Assembly (NCBI GenBank): GCA_964187785.1
Contig: OZ076409.1
Coordinates: 52,330,001 to 52,394,000 of the forward strand
Direction: 5' to 3'
Length of the DNA: 64,000 nucleotides
Origin: Amphiscolops sp. MND2022
Lineage: Eukaryota
Shown here in pieces: positions 1 through 13,327 of the stretch (positions within the stretch are counted from its first letter, which is position 1; every line of letters begins with the position of its first letter). A program made the translations under genes and the position numbers. The notes below the pieces were generated by a model that had not been told where the DNA came from, did not search any database, and saw only the letters and a program-made list of their open reading frames with translations.

Positions 1-3000
1 ATGGAATGGAACATTCGAGAACGAACACCACGTGAACAAACCAAACAAAGCAAAATAAAAACACCCGGGCAATCCGAAATTAACACTTTGAAAAGCAGTC
101 AATCGTTTAAAGATAAAGAATGAAAGAAAATGGAAAGAGAAAAATTTTACCACTGGGGAGCCACTCGAGAAATATTGGACATCATTAAAAGGAGAAATAA
201 CAGCCTCCAGACAAAAAGACTGGTGGAGCAACGGAACGCATTATCCCGGCTAGGAACACTGAGACGCTGGTACACGAAGTAAAGTTCAGAGGATAGATTT
301 TGGTAGATATGGAATTCGAGAAAAGAAACAAAAAGTGGAAATCCTGATAATCGAAGGAACAGATATAACACCACTACTCGTGATGGACTGAATGAAGAAA
401 TTCAATTTACTAATTGGCAGAATACAATTTAATCGCGAACAGCCAGTCGGAACGCGAGAAAGTATTCAACAGATATCCAGACTTGTTTGAATGTGATGAA
501 ACGATAAAAGACACCGAAATACACATCCAGTTAAAACTGGGACAACACCCTGTCAAACAAAAGACCAGACTGGTACCACTACACCTACAAGAGTATGTCG
601 GGCGAGAACTATAAAAAGTGATATAAATTTGGAAAAAAAGCGATGTGGACGAAGGTCGTTTTGTGTCACTGACGGTAATATTCGTAAAATGCGACAAATC
701 AGTAAAGATAGCATTCGACTCACGAAAATTAAATGACAGTTTCATCACAATGAGACCGCACATGCCGCACATGGAGGAACTATTAGTAAATTTCGGTAGA
801 AATTACTTGCGACCAAACAGTACAATTGTTTTTATCAAAAAAACATGAACTAGGCATACAGACAGATGCAATTATCCGAGGACACAAGGCGACAATGTGT
901 TTTTGCAAAAACCGGGGGAAAGCTAGCGGGAATTAGCGATATATTCCATGACAAAATCAATCAAACACTCGGATACAGTACACCGGCTTGGTTAGATGAT
1001 TTAATTGTAGTAACCCGAGGAAGTAATCAAGATCACGAGAAGGAACGATTCGATTTACTTAATAAACTGGAGAAAGCCGGATACCGAGCAAGCAAAAAAC
1101 TTTTCATGTGCCAAACAAAGGGGTTGGGCCACGAGATCGACAAAAATGAATTGAAACCGAAGGAAGAAAAAGTAGAAGCTATTTTAAAATTGGACCCACC
1201 AAAAAATCCAAAAGAAATTTAATCTTTTCTCGGGGCAATCAAATAATGGCAATTTTTCTACAGACACATTTGGAATGAACGGATCCACTCCAAAAAGTAT
1301 TTTAAAAAATGGAATGTGGACTTGGGGAACCGAACAGAACAAGAAGACTTCGGAAAGATAAAACAGATGTTAACCGAAGGCCCGTGTCTACCACATTATG
1401 CAAAAGACAGGTTACATAGTAACAACCGACGCTAGTACGACCGGACTGGGCATTACACTAAGGCAAAGGCAAGATGACGGAAATACGAAACCGGTAGCAT
1501 ACGGAAGCCGGTATCTAAACGAAACTGAAAAAATATTCAATCGGCGAACTAATATTACTGGCGGTGACAAGGGGGTTAGAAAAACTCGATTTTATCTCTA
1601 CGGAAAGAAAGTACACCTTTAAACAAACCACCAAGCAAAAGAACCACTGATAAAAAGAAACCGAAGCAACAAACAGTTTAGCGCGAGATTAACAAAATAG
1701 TTGGACCGCCAAACTCACTACAATATAGCAAAACAGCATATTGCAGGCAGCAACTCGGAATTCACTGAATATTTCACCAGAAATCCGGTAGGGGGAGCCA
1801 TGCCTAAAGAAAATTACTATGAAGAATTCGTGATTAACATACTTGCCGAACAAGCAGACTTGAACTAGGCATACAGACAGATGCAATTATCCGAGGACAC
1901 AAGGCGACAATGTGTTTTTGCAAAAACCGGGGGAAAGCTAGCGGGAATTAGCGATATATTCCATGACAAAATCAATCAAACACTCGGATACAGTACACCG
2001 GCTTGGTTAGATGATTTAATTGTAGTAAACCGAAGAAGTAATCAAGATCACGAGAAAGAACAATTCGATATACTTAATAAACTGGAGAAAGCCGGAAACC
2101 GAGCAAGCAAAAAACTTTTCATGTGCCAAACAAAGTGGTTGGGCCTTGAGATCGACAAAAATGAAATAAAACCGAAGGAAGAAAAAGTAGAAGCTTTTCT
2201 AAAAATGGACCCACCAAAAAATCCAAAAGAAATTTAATCTTTTCTCGGGGCAATCAAATAATGGTAAACTTTCTACAGACACATTTGGAATGAACGGATC
2301 CACTCCAAAGAGTATTTTAAAAAATGGAATGTGGACTTGGGGAACCGAACAGAACAAGAAGACTTCGGAAAGATAAAACAGATGTTAACCGAAGGCCCGT
2401 GTCTACCACATTATGCAAAAGACAGTTTACATAGTAACAACCGACGCTAGGACGACCGGACTGGGGATTACACTAAGGCAAAGGCAAGATGACGGAAATA
2501 CGAAACCGGTAGCATACGGAAGCCGCTATTTGAACGAAATATTCGAAAAAATATTCAATCGGCGAATTAGTATTACTGGCGGTGATATGGGGGTTAGAAA
2601 GATTCGTTTTTATCTCTACGGAAAGAAAGTACACCTTTAAACACACCACTAAGCAATAGAACCACTGATAAAGAGAAACCGAAGCAAAAAACAGTTTAGC
2701 GCGAGATTAACAAAATAGTTGGACCGCCAAACTCACTACAATATAGCAAAACAGCATATTGCAGGCAGCAACTCGGAATTCACTGAATATTTCACCAGAA
2801 ATCCGGTAGGGGGAGCCATGCCTAAAGAAAATTACTATGAAGAACTCGTGATTAACATACTTGCCGAACAAGCAGACTTAAATTGTTCGCGGACCAATCA
2901 AAACTCAGCCAAACTATAACAAACTATAAACGAAAGAAAAAAGAATGATTCCAGGAACAAAATTGAGCGGACCAATCACAATGGAATGGAACATTCGAGA

Positions 3001-6000
3001 ACGAACACCACGTGAACAAACCAAACAAAGCAAAATAACAACACCCGGGCAATCCGAAATTAACACATTGAAAAGCAGTCAATCGTTTAAAGATAAAGAA
3101 TGTAAGAAAATGGAAAGAGAAAAATTTTACCACTGGGGAGCCACTCGAGAAATATTGGACATCATTAAAAGGAGAAATAACAGCCTCCAGACAAAAAGAC
3201 TGGTGGAGCAACGGAACGCATTATCCCGGCTAGGAACACTGAGACGCTGGTACACGAAGTAAAGTTCAGAGGATAGATTTTGGTAGATATGGAATTCGAG
3301 AAAAGAAACAAAAAGTGGAAATCCTGATAATCGAAGGAACAGATATAACACCACTACTCGTGATGGACTGAATGAAGAAATTCAATTTACTAATACAGAA
3401 TACAATTTAATCGCGAACAGCCAGTCGAAACGCGAGAAAGTATTCAACAGATATCCAGACTTGTTTGAATGTGATGAAACGATAAAAGACACCGAAATAC
3501 ACATCCAGTTAAAACTGGGACAACACCCTGTCAAACAAAAGACCAGACTGGTACCACTGCACCTACAAGAGTATGTCGGGCGAGAACTATAAAAAGTGAT
3601 ATAAATTTGGAAAAAATAAACGATGTGGACGAAGGTCATTTTGTATCACTGACGGTAATATTCGGAAATTGCGACAAATCAGTAAAGATAGCATTCGACT
3701 CACGGAAATTAAATGAAATTTTCATCACAATGAGACCGCACATGCCGCACATGGAGGAACTATTATTTAAATTTCGGTAGAAATTATTTGCGACCAAACA
3801 GTACAATTGTTTTTATCAAAAATAGACCTGAACTACGCTTACAGACAGATGCAATTATCCAAGGACACAAGTCGACAATGTGTGTTTGCAATAACCGGGG
3901 GAAACTTAGCGGGAATTAGCAATATATTTCATGACAACATCAACCAAACACTCGGATACAGTACACCGGCTTGGTTAGATGATTTAATTGTAGTAAACCG
4001 AAGAAGTAATCAAGATCACGAGAAAGAACGATTCGATATACTTAATAAACTGGAGAAAGCCGGAAACCGAGCAAGCAAAAAACTTTTCATGTGCCAAACA
4101 AAGGGGTTGGGCCACGAGATCGACAAAAATGAAATGAAACCGAAGGAAGAAAAAGTAGAAGCTATTTTAAAATTGGACCCACCAAAAAATCCAAAAGAAA
4201 TTTAATCTTTTCTCGGTGCAATCAAATAATGGCAATTTTTCTACAGACACATTTGGAATGAACGGATCCACTCCAAAAAGTATTTTAAAAAATGGAATGT
4301 GGACTTGGGGAACCGAACAGAACAAGAAGACTTCGGAAAGATAAAACAGATGTTAACCGAAGGCCCGTGTCTACCACATTATGCAAAAGACAGGTTACAT
4401 AGTAACAACCGACGCTAGTACGACCGGACTGGGCATTACACTAAGGCAAAGGCAAGATGACGGAAATACGAAACCGGTAGCATACGGAAGCCGGTATCTA
4501 AACGAAACTGAAAAAATATTCAATCGGCGAACTAATATTACTGGCGGTGACAAGGGGGTTAGAAAAACTCGATTTTATCTCTACGGAAAGAAAGTACACC
4601 TTTAAACAAACCACCAAGCAAAAGAACCACTGATAAAAAGAAACCGAAGCAACAAACAGTTTAGCGCGAGATTAACATAATAGTTGGACCGCCCAAGTCA
4701 TTTCAATATAGCAATACAGCAAATTGCCAGGAGAAACTTCGAATTCACCGAATATTTCACCAGAAATCCGGTAGGGGGAACCATGCCTGAAGAAAATTAC
4801 GATGAAGAATACGTGGTTAACATACTTGCCGAACAAGCAGACTTAAATTTTTTGCCGACCAATCAAAACTCAACCAAACTATAACAAACTTTAAACGAAA
4901 GAAAAAAGAATGATTCCAAGAACAAAATTAAGCGGACCAATCACAATCGAATGGAACATTCGAGAACGAACACCACGTGAACAAACCAAACAAAGCAAAA
5001 TAACAACACGCGGGCAACCCGAAATAAACGCTTTGAAAAGCAGTCAATAGTTTAAAGATAAAGAATGTAAGAAAATGGAAAGAGAAAAATTTTACAACTG
5101 GGGAGCCACTCGAGAAATATTGGACATCATCAAAAGGAGGAATAACAGCCTCCAGACAAAAAGACTGGTGGAGCAACGGAACGCATTACCCCAGTTGGGA
5201 ACACTGAGACGCTGGTACATCCACCAAACACAAAGAACGGTGTTTGCACCATACTGACAGAACAAACGCAGTAGAGAAGAAATTGCTGAAATTGATGCGG
5301 AACTGATCCAGACGGCAAAGAGAACCGGAGGCGGCTACCAATCGACAGTAGTCGAAGAAGAAGAAGTACCGGAAGATATATGGGAAAAAGAAGAGATAAA
5401 ACAAGAAACGGCCAAAACCGAAGAAGTTAGCGTGATCATGCGGGGCGATAATTTATCAATCGTGGACCTGGCAAAGTACAACACCGATGACAAAGAAGTA
5501 AAATACTTACAAAGAAATCACATCAAGAGACAACTCACCACAAACAAGAAAGCAACCCAGGACCACAACAAGAAAGCCGAATTCGGGTTCATGGTCGACT
5601 TGAAAACACTGATACTCAAAACAGTACTCAATCCGGAACTGACCCGAGTCAGAAACAGCATGCGCCGGGAGGATAGAGAATCAATCCCGGAAGGCTACAG
5701 AGCAGGTTTTGACAAACTCTCAATCAAATGGGGCCTCTTTTTCGTCGACAGTCACATCGGTGTCCCGATAGACCTCAGACAGCGATTATTGGATATTCTG
5801 CATTTCGGTCACTCCAACAGATAACGACGTCCGAAGCGTCCGAAGCAACCGAAGCGAAGATATTCTGGTGGTGGGACATTAAGCAGGATATCGAAAACAA
5901 TGTCAAGGACTCTACAGCATGCCAAGCGTCATGTAAAAGTCCTAAATACCAATTACCGAGAAAACACTAAGGAAAGTTAAAAATTTATCCGAGCCCGGTC

Positions 6001-7196
6001 AAGACATTCAAAGTGATTTTACCAGAAAATTACATTACAAAAAGTTACACGTGAAGTACAATTACTTATTGCGGTAGATAGATTTAGCAAATGACCTACC
6101 ATAAAAGTTTGTCAATTTCGGAAACAGAAGAGGTAAAAACTTTCCCAACGAGTAATTTCAACTCGTACTGAATACCTGAAAAAAGAATATCCGACATAGG
6201 GGAGCATTCATTTCGAAGGAATATAAACATTTTTGCTAGAACTGGAATTTTAAAATGAATACTGCACACCCCGAATGCAAACGGAGTAGTAGAAAGACCG
6301 ATACAAACACTGAAAAAATTATAATAGCGAATCTAGAAGACGGAACAAATTTAACTGAAAGAGTGTACCAAGCGCTATGAGTAATGCGTTTTACAATACA
6401 TACGGGATTAAATATAACACCGTTCGAATTACACCACGGAAGAAATCCGAGAACCGAATTAACGAATATCGTTGATGACGGAAAGAAATATTTGTCTAAA
6501 TTGTCGGAGATGACTATTTCAGCACCGAACAGATTGAAAATTCCATATTATGTCGGCCCTGATGCGGAAGGAGGGATTACCAGCCACAGGTTAATGGCAA
6601 GGACCACGACAGAGGAGAAACCCCTCAATGAAGGTTCAAAGTCACCGAAGAAGAAAAATTTGGTTAGAAATCCCTTCCATTTTGTTGGAAAAAATGACAA
6701 CAAAAAGTCATAAACAGGATAATTCCAAAATAATACAAAATAATTCAGTAAGCGGGACCGAGAGTACCGTGAAAACGAATATCAGGAAAATATAAACCGA
6801 AATTTTGTATCGGGTCCATTATTTCAGGCCGAACGAAAAACAAGAAAGGAACCAGCCATCAATGAAAGCGGTGGGGTCAACCCGAAAAACAGGCACTGCT
6901 TGCGGTGTCTTGATGGCAAATGCGGCTCTGTGACGAGATACTTCGTGATGTACTAAATGGAAAATTGAAGATCGTCCAAAACCGAAAAGCCACGGATCGC
7001 GACACAGAAGAAGATGACGATGATGATGATGATGATGATGACGACGAGGAAATGCCGGAGGAGACCGGGACACCAAAGGTCTATGATACTTCCGAACGCG
7101 ACGGAAGATTTGCTCCCATCCGGACAAATCCGGTAGAGGATGTACTGGAAATCCACACCGACGGTGAGATATCTGGTGAGAATTTAAAAACAAACA
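1..7196 (+). mobile_element. Decayed Ty3/Gypsy (Mag-like) LTR retrotransposon pol region; the protease-RT-RNase H segment is tandemly amplified, followed by integrase and a C-terminal tail, cut by the gap
   Basis: Fragmented ORFs show RT (LSKIDLNYAYRQM, PAWLDDLIVV), RNase H (VTTDASTTGLG, AYGSRYLN) and integrase (LHFGHS, FWWWDIKQDI, ITPFELHHGR) motifs with many stops and frameshifts. It is collinear with the element at 55149-60786. Sequence at position 1 recurs at 2981, and 846 recurs at 1861. Confidence 0.93.
7013..7045 (+). repeat. (GAT)n/(GAC) microsatellite encoding poly-Asp in the retrotransposon tail
   Basis: gatgacgatgatgatgatgatgatgatgacgac; the homologous site near 60142-60157 has a shorter run. 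Confidence 0.85.
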
Positions 7197-7396
7197 NNNN
7201 NNNNNNNNNNNNNNNNNNNNNNNNNNNNNNNNNNNNNNNNNNNNNNNNNNNNNNNNNNNNNNNNNNNNNNNNNNNNNNNNNNNNNNNNNNNNNNNNNNNN
7301 NNNNNNNNNNNNNNNNNNNNNNNNNNNNNNNNNNNNNNNNNNNNNNNNNNNNNNNNNNNNNNNNNNNNNNNNNNNNNNNNNNNNNNNNNNNNNNNN
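7197..7396. other. Assembly gap (200 N)
   Basis: Run of exactly 200 N. Confidence 1.
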
Positions 7397-7822
7397 AGCG
7401 CAAAACATTTGTTGGGAAAAATTGAAATTTCGATTTTTTTTTCGGAAAAATTTGCATAGTGCCAAAAAATGCAAAAGGGGACCCTTTGGGATTTATTAAC
7501 ATACATTCTGTTGCAGAATATCAAAAAACTTGAAGGGGGCCCTTTGGGGACATTAAAAAGTTTTTGAAAAAAAGTCGCATAGTGCTGAAAAATTGAAAGG
7601 GGGGACCCTTTAGTCTCGTCCGGTTTTGAAGATTACGTTAAAGAAGTAAAAAATGAAAGTGGGGACCCTTTGCACTAAGTTTGCTCTGGCCGGACTTGGC
7701 CTTAGGTGGTTTCGGGGTTGTTTCTAAAAGTGGACCGATCAGTGTGAGGTGTGTGGTCTGAAAAAAAGGTAACTGCTATAGTCGGAATTTTTCTTTAAAA
7801 GGAAAACGCGCCGACTAAAAAA
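7397..7822 (-). mobile_element. Helentron-type non-autonomous element (HINE/DINE-1-like), family A, partial copy abutting the gap
   Basis: Family core repeats (ggggaccctttggga, gtcgcatagtgc) and the terminal hairpin ctatagtcgg...gcgccgactaaaa, which is the reverse complement of the family 5' end. Confidence 0.75.
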
Positions 7823-8235
7823 AGGGTCACTCTAGGTGTCGGGCAAAACCATCAGAAATAAGAACTATACCAACTACTACCGCGATCATTATACTGTTTT
7901 TAGCAAATTCTCAAGAGAACTCAAGCTAAGATAATCATTTTCAACCATTCTGAAGAAAATGAGAAATTTGAAACGTCACAGATCTACGATTTTTCTCCCA
8001 TGGATCAAAAACTACGTGTATACAGCAGTTATCATCAATTACGTCTGTCAGCAAGCTTGTCGAAGCAATTAGCAACATTACAGTGCCTTGTGTTGCCAAA
8101 TTTGAATAAGGAAGAAACATGACATCTAATATGAATGCAAATCAATAGATAGAAACCAAAATCAGAAATGCTGCGAGTAAGCGTAGTAATATATTCCTAA
8201 ATTTGGATGAGAAATCCAACATTTTTGAATCCGAA

Positions 8236-8614
8236 TGTTACGACTATTCACTGGTGATCTTTTAGAGTTAGTCGCAGTGTGGATTTTAATTGGAGTAGAC
8301 GTCCTTGCTACGGAAACATTCTCTGGTTCGGAGTCTGAGTCTTGAGTATTCATGTGAATAGTTTGCTTCTTGTTTGACGGTGCTATCAGCTTAAGCATTT
8401 CTTTTTGATTTTCAGCGAGTATTTTCGTTAAATCAGAGATGATCTCTTTCCTTAGAGTGGTTTTCATCTCCTCCAGGTTTTCAAGCTCAAGTCTAGGGTT
8501 TTTACTGGAACTAGCTGTTAGATTTTCAGTAGGATTGTTCTCAGCTAAAGAAGCTTCAAAGTCTCCTGACACTAGCTCGGCTACGGCTTTCCTTTTCTGA
8601 CTTCTAGTAGTCAT
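8236..8614 (-). CDS. LTR-encoded putative Gag N-terminus (MTTRSQKRKAVAELV...SPVNSRN, about 126 aa), truncated at the LTR end
   Basis: Open frame from AAAATG to the terminal CA. Homologous to 51887-52283 (TTRSQKR, LENL/LESL..LRKEI/LKEEI, E(N/S)QKEMLKL, TP.K, RN end). Gag identity is inferred from position. Confidence 0.6.
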
Positions 8615-8758
8615 TTTAGAGAGAGAGAGGATTTGTTCTTTGGAATATTTAAATTCTTCAAAGATTTGGGTTTTTCTAACGCGTTTTGGAAACGGAACAG
8701 AACAAGTTGTTACTAAGCAGATTAAAGGACTAACTCCCTCACATGTATGTTCTACATC

Positions 8759-8782
8759 TTTATACCTTCCCAGCATCATTTG
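8759..8782 (-). promoter_or_regulatory. Putative LTR promoter / TATA motif
   Basis: The minus strand reads CAAATGATGCTGGGAAGGTATAAA, nearly identical to 51717-51740 in the other solo LTR; both lie about 150 bp upstream of the ATG. Confidence 0.55.
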
Positions 8783-11235
8783 TTCCTCACCTAAAAATTC
8801 CTAGGTATCGTAAAAATCAAGTTTGTTCAACAAAAAGCGCTAATGATTCATTTTATTTCAGTCCCGCGTCATAAAATCAGGTATCAAAATTCCTAGTTGC
8901 GTCAGTGTTCCGTAAAACTTTGTTGAAATCATTTTTGTTCAGGCAATCCATTTCCTGTTTGATCTTCAAAATTGCGGCAAAATAGAAGTCTAGCTGACAT
9001 TTCCATCAGCGTGGGCACGCCGACGTGATCAATTAGTCAGCTTCCAAGTTAGGAAATTGAGATTCGATGCAAAAGAATGACACTCAAAAATGACGACGGA
9101 AATGAAACGGAATTATGAATTTTAGTGAATGAAAATGTCTAGTTATTAGGGAGGATAAATGATGCTGAAAGGATTTCGCTAGAACACTTTAGAACCATTA
9201 TTATACATGACAAAAATACTTATTTAATACAAAACTGCACAAAATGCAAACACAATGATAATTGTAACGAAAATCATGAGGTATAAACTTCTGATGTTGT
9301 TATTTCAACATTAGTACAAAAACATCGAAATGAGAGTTGTTCACAGTACAAAGGGAGCTTCATGGCATTTCCAACTCTACCTGCATTAATTGGAAGGATT
9401 ATTTAGCACAACTAGCACCAAACGTTATCCCCACGTTGTCCTTTTAACTACGTCGACACAACGTAATGATATAATATTCGGTGTTAATCTTTTAAAAGGG
9501 AGTCTCGTGCAACGTGGCGCTAACGTATCACCTTTACGATGCAGGATTAAAATACACTGTGAACTTTCAATTCTTTCTTACAGTACAGCTTTTTTTGGGT
9601 AAAGTTATTTCTGAAAATGTTAGAATGCGTCGGTTCGAAAAACCCTTATTTGGTTTCCGTTTTAGCTACTGTTTCATTACTACCACTTCATGAATTGTTT
9701 CGTAGATGCTCCGTATGTATAAAGATTACTTATAGCCAAGCGGCGGAATACAATTTTACAATCTGCTCCGTAAGTGCTCCGTATGTATTAAGATTGCTTA
9801 TAGCTGAGCAGCGGTAGCAAGCGGAGTGAAAACGGAGAGCGTAGGCGATTTTATTCTCTTTTCTTAGCTAGTAAGCGTTGCTAGGGGCAACCAAGCGTAA
9901 TTCTACTGGTGCGAGTTTAGATAATTCCGCCGGCAAGTGACGCTATTGGTCCGTAAAAATAGAAACACCCGTTGCTAGCCTAGTTGAGTGACGCTGTCAT
10001 AGCGTTGTGAATATTTACTTAAAATCACTAATTTTAAGTGGATATTTAACAACTATTCTAGTATTCGAATACATTTCCACTCTGTTTTTGTATGTCCTTT
10101 CATTTTAGATCTTATGGACTCCGTTGGGATCTCGGAGTTAAATGTCGTTTCTGCGTTTTCATTTTAGTGTGGAGCGCCAAAATGATCCCGTTTGTAAAAT
10201 TATTTAGTATTTAGATTGGAATGGAAAACTCTGAAGATAAAACCGGAAATAAAGCGGTGTTGCGTGTGAAAACATTAGACCGGAAGTTTTAGCTAGTTTA
10301 AAGTCATTTCTGAAAATCTTCCGTAATGTTTACGTTGAATTCCGTATTTGGGAAATTATTCGCGCTTATTTAGCTGTACTGTAAGTAGAATTTTGATTAG
10401 TTTAATAAGGTTCAAAAGTATTTACTTTGCCCTTGTCCGCGACCTCTGCCGAATCCTGGTATCCCTGAGCAGCAAGTAAAATTACGACCGGGAGCGGGTC
10501 GTGACACCGAATTGGTACAAAACTTTTAGATACAAAGAAAGGTTTGTTCAATTATACGTAAAGCCAAGAAAAAATAAAAGTTTCAAAAAGTTTTGTCAAA
10601 GCAAAAGCGATATTAAGAGCAATTAAAACCCGTTAGTCTCAACAGCGAGAAGCAAACCAGCTTCCTAAACTAGGTGTGTTGAGAAAATCTTTCGCTACTG
10701 TGGAATTTTTTTCAACCAACCTTCAATCGAATCGTACTCAATAAGAAAATGGCTATCTTCTGAAAATTTAGGCGCCTAAAAGTTTGTTTACCCCGAATCG
10801 GGTCTCTTGAGCGGGGACTCAACGAGTCCGTTGACTTTTCCTCCTGATTGGGCTGTTGGTTTTATCTGTTCATTATATTGAAGTCATGTTGTTTTTCTTT
10901 CCAGTCGAGTTAACTTCCATTTTCTGAGCTAACAAATTTTAAAAAAGGCGTGAAAACTCGGATCTTTTCTGTTAATCCCCCACACAGGAAATTTTAATTC
11001 CCCAACTGTGTCAGCGATGAGTTTCAGTTTCAGTTAGAGTTATGAAAAACTGCAACTTGATTTGTTGTTACTATTACTGCAATGATAATTTCACTTAACC
11101 ACTTAACTGGGGGGGTGGAGAGGTAATTACCAGAAAAGGTCCGAAAAATTTTCAGAAAAAGTTTAACTGAGAGCATACTACACCCGTAAAAGTGAAATCA
11201 TTTCTTCGCCATCCGCTTTGCTCGCGTAAAAAGAA

Positions 11236-13327
11236 GCGAGTATTTTCGTTAAATCAGACATGATCTCTTTCCTTAGAGTGGTTTTCATCTCCTCCAGGTT
11301 TTCAAGCTCAAGTCTAGGGTTTTTACTGGAACTAGCTGTTAGATTTTCAGTAGGATTGTTCTCAGCTAAAGAAGCTTCAAAGTCTCCTGACACTAGCTCG
11401 GCTACGGCTTTCCTTTTCTGACTTCTAGTAGTCATTTTAGAGAGAGAGAGGATTTGTTCTTTGGAATATTTAAATTCTTCAAAGATTTGGGTTTTTCTAA
11501 CGCGTTTTGGAAACGGAACAGAACAAGTTGTTACTAAGCAGATTAAAGGACTAACTCCCTCACATGTATGTTCTACATCTTTATACCTTCCCAGCATCAT
11601 TTGTTCCTCACCTAAAAATTCCTAGGTATCGTAAAAATCAAGTTTGTTCAACAAAAAGCGCTAATGATTCATTTTATTTCAGTCCCGCGTCATAAAATCA
11701 GGTATCAAAATTCCTAGTTGCGTCAGTGTTCCGTAAAACTTTGTTGAAATCATTTTTGTTCAGGCAATCCATTTCCTGTTTGATCTTCAAAATTGCGGCA
11801 AAATAGAAGTCTAGCTGACATTTCCATCAGCGTGGGCACGCCGACGTGATCAATTAGTCAGCTTCCAAGTTAGGAAATTGAGATTCGATGCAAAAGAATG
11901 ACACTCAAAAATGACGACGGAAATGAAACGGAATTATGAATTTTAGTGAATGAAAATGTCTAGTTATTAGGGAGGATAAATGATGCTGAAAGGATTTCGC
12001 TAGAACACTTTAGAACCATTATTATACATGACAAAAATACTTATTTAATACAAAACTGCACAAAATGCAAACACAATGATAATTGTAACGAAAATCATGA
12101 GGTATAAACTTCTGATGTTGTTATTTCAACATTAGTACAAAAACATCGAAATGAGAGTTGTTCACAGTACAAAGGGAGCTTCATGGCATTTCCAACTCTA
12201 CCTGCATTAATTGGAAGGATTATTTAGCACAACTAGCACCAAACGTTATCCCCACGTTGTCCTTTTAACTACGTCGACACAACGTAATGATATAATATTC
12301 GGTGTTAATCTTTTAAAAGGGAGTCTCGTGCAACGTGGCGCTAACGTATCACCTTTACGATGCAGGATTAAAATACACTGTGAACTTTCAATTCTTTCTT
12401 ACAGTACAGCTTTTTTTGGGTAAAGTTATTTCTGAAAATGTTAGAATGCGTCGGTTCGAAAAACCCTTATTTGGTTTCCGTTTTAGCTACTGTTTCATTA
12501 CTACCACTTCATGAATTGTTTCGTAGATGCTCCGTATGTATAAAGATTACTTATAGCCAAGCGGCGGAATACAATTTTACAATCTGCTCCGTAAGTGCTC
12601 CGTATGTATTAAGATTGCTTATAGCTGAGCAGCGGTAGCAAGCGGAGTGAAAACGGAGAGCGTAGGCGATTTTATTCTCTTTTCTTAGCTAGTAAGCGTT
12701 GCTAGGGGCAACCAAGCGTAATTCTACTGGTGCGAGTTTAGATAATTCCGCCGGCAAGTGACGCTATTGGTCCGTAAAAATAGAAACACCCGTTGCTAGC
12801 CTAGTTGAGTGACGCTGTCATAGCGTTGTGAATATTTACTTAAAATCACTAATTTTAAGTGGATATTTAACAACTATTCTAGTATTCGAATACATTTCCA
12901 CTCTGTTTTTGTATGTCCTTTCATTTTAGATCTTATGGACTCCGTTGGGATCTCGGAGTTAAATGTCGTTTCTGCGTTTTCATTTTAGTGTGGAGCGCCA
13001 AAATGATCCCGTTTGTAAAATTATTTAGTATTTAGATTGGAATGGAAAACTCTGAAGATAAAACCGGAAATAAAGCGGTGTTGCGTGTGAAAACATTAGA
13101 CCGGAAGTTTTAGCTAGTTTAAAGTCATTTCTGAAAATCTTCCGTAATGTTTACGTTGAATTCCGTATTTGGGAAATTATTCGCGCTTATTTAGCTGTAC
13201 TGTAAGTAGAATTTTGATTAGTTTAATAAGGTTCAAAAGTATTTACTTTGCCCTTGTCCGCGACCTCTGCCGAATCCTGGTATCCCTGAGCAGCAAGTAA
13301 AATTACGACCGGGAGCGGGTCGTGACA
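11236..13327 (-). mobile_element. Truncated duplicate of the solo LTR at 8236-10506
   Basis: Ends in GTCGTGACA followed by CCGAA; lacks the last ~180 bp of the LTR because the duplication breakpoint lies inside it. Confidence 0.88.

Larger units (their letters stand above)
8236..10506 (-). mobile_element. Long solo LTR (2,271 bp) of a Ty3/Gypsy-type element, containing the start of a Gag-like ORF
   Basis: Termini TGTTACGAC...GTCGTGACA form an inverted repeat with TG..CA ends. Perfect 5-bp TSD CCGAA at 8231-8235 and 10507-10511. The 5' end (TGTCACGACCCGCTCCCGG on the minus strand) resembles that of the solo LTR at 49781. Confidence 0.88.

Noticed and set aside
6819..7524. Long ORFs spanning the gap
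   Set aside because: Artefacts of translating the N run.
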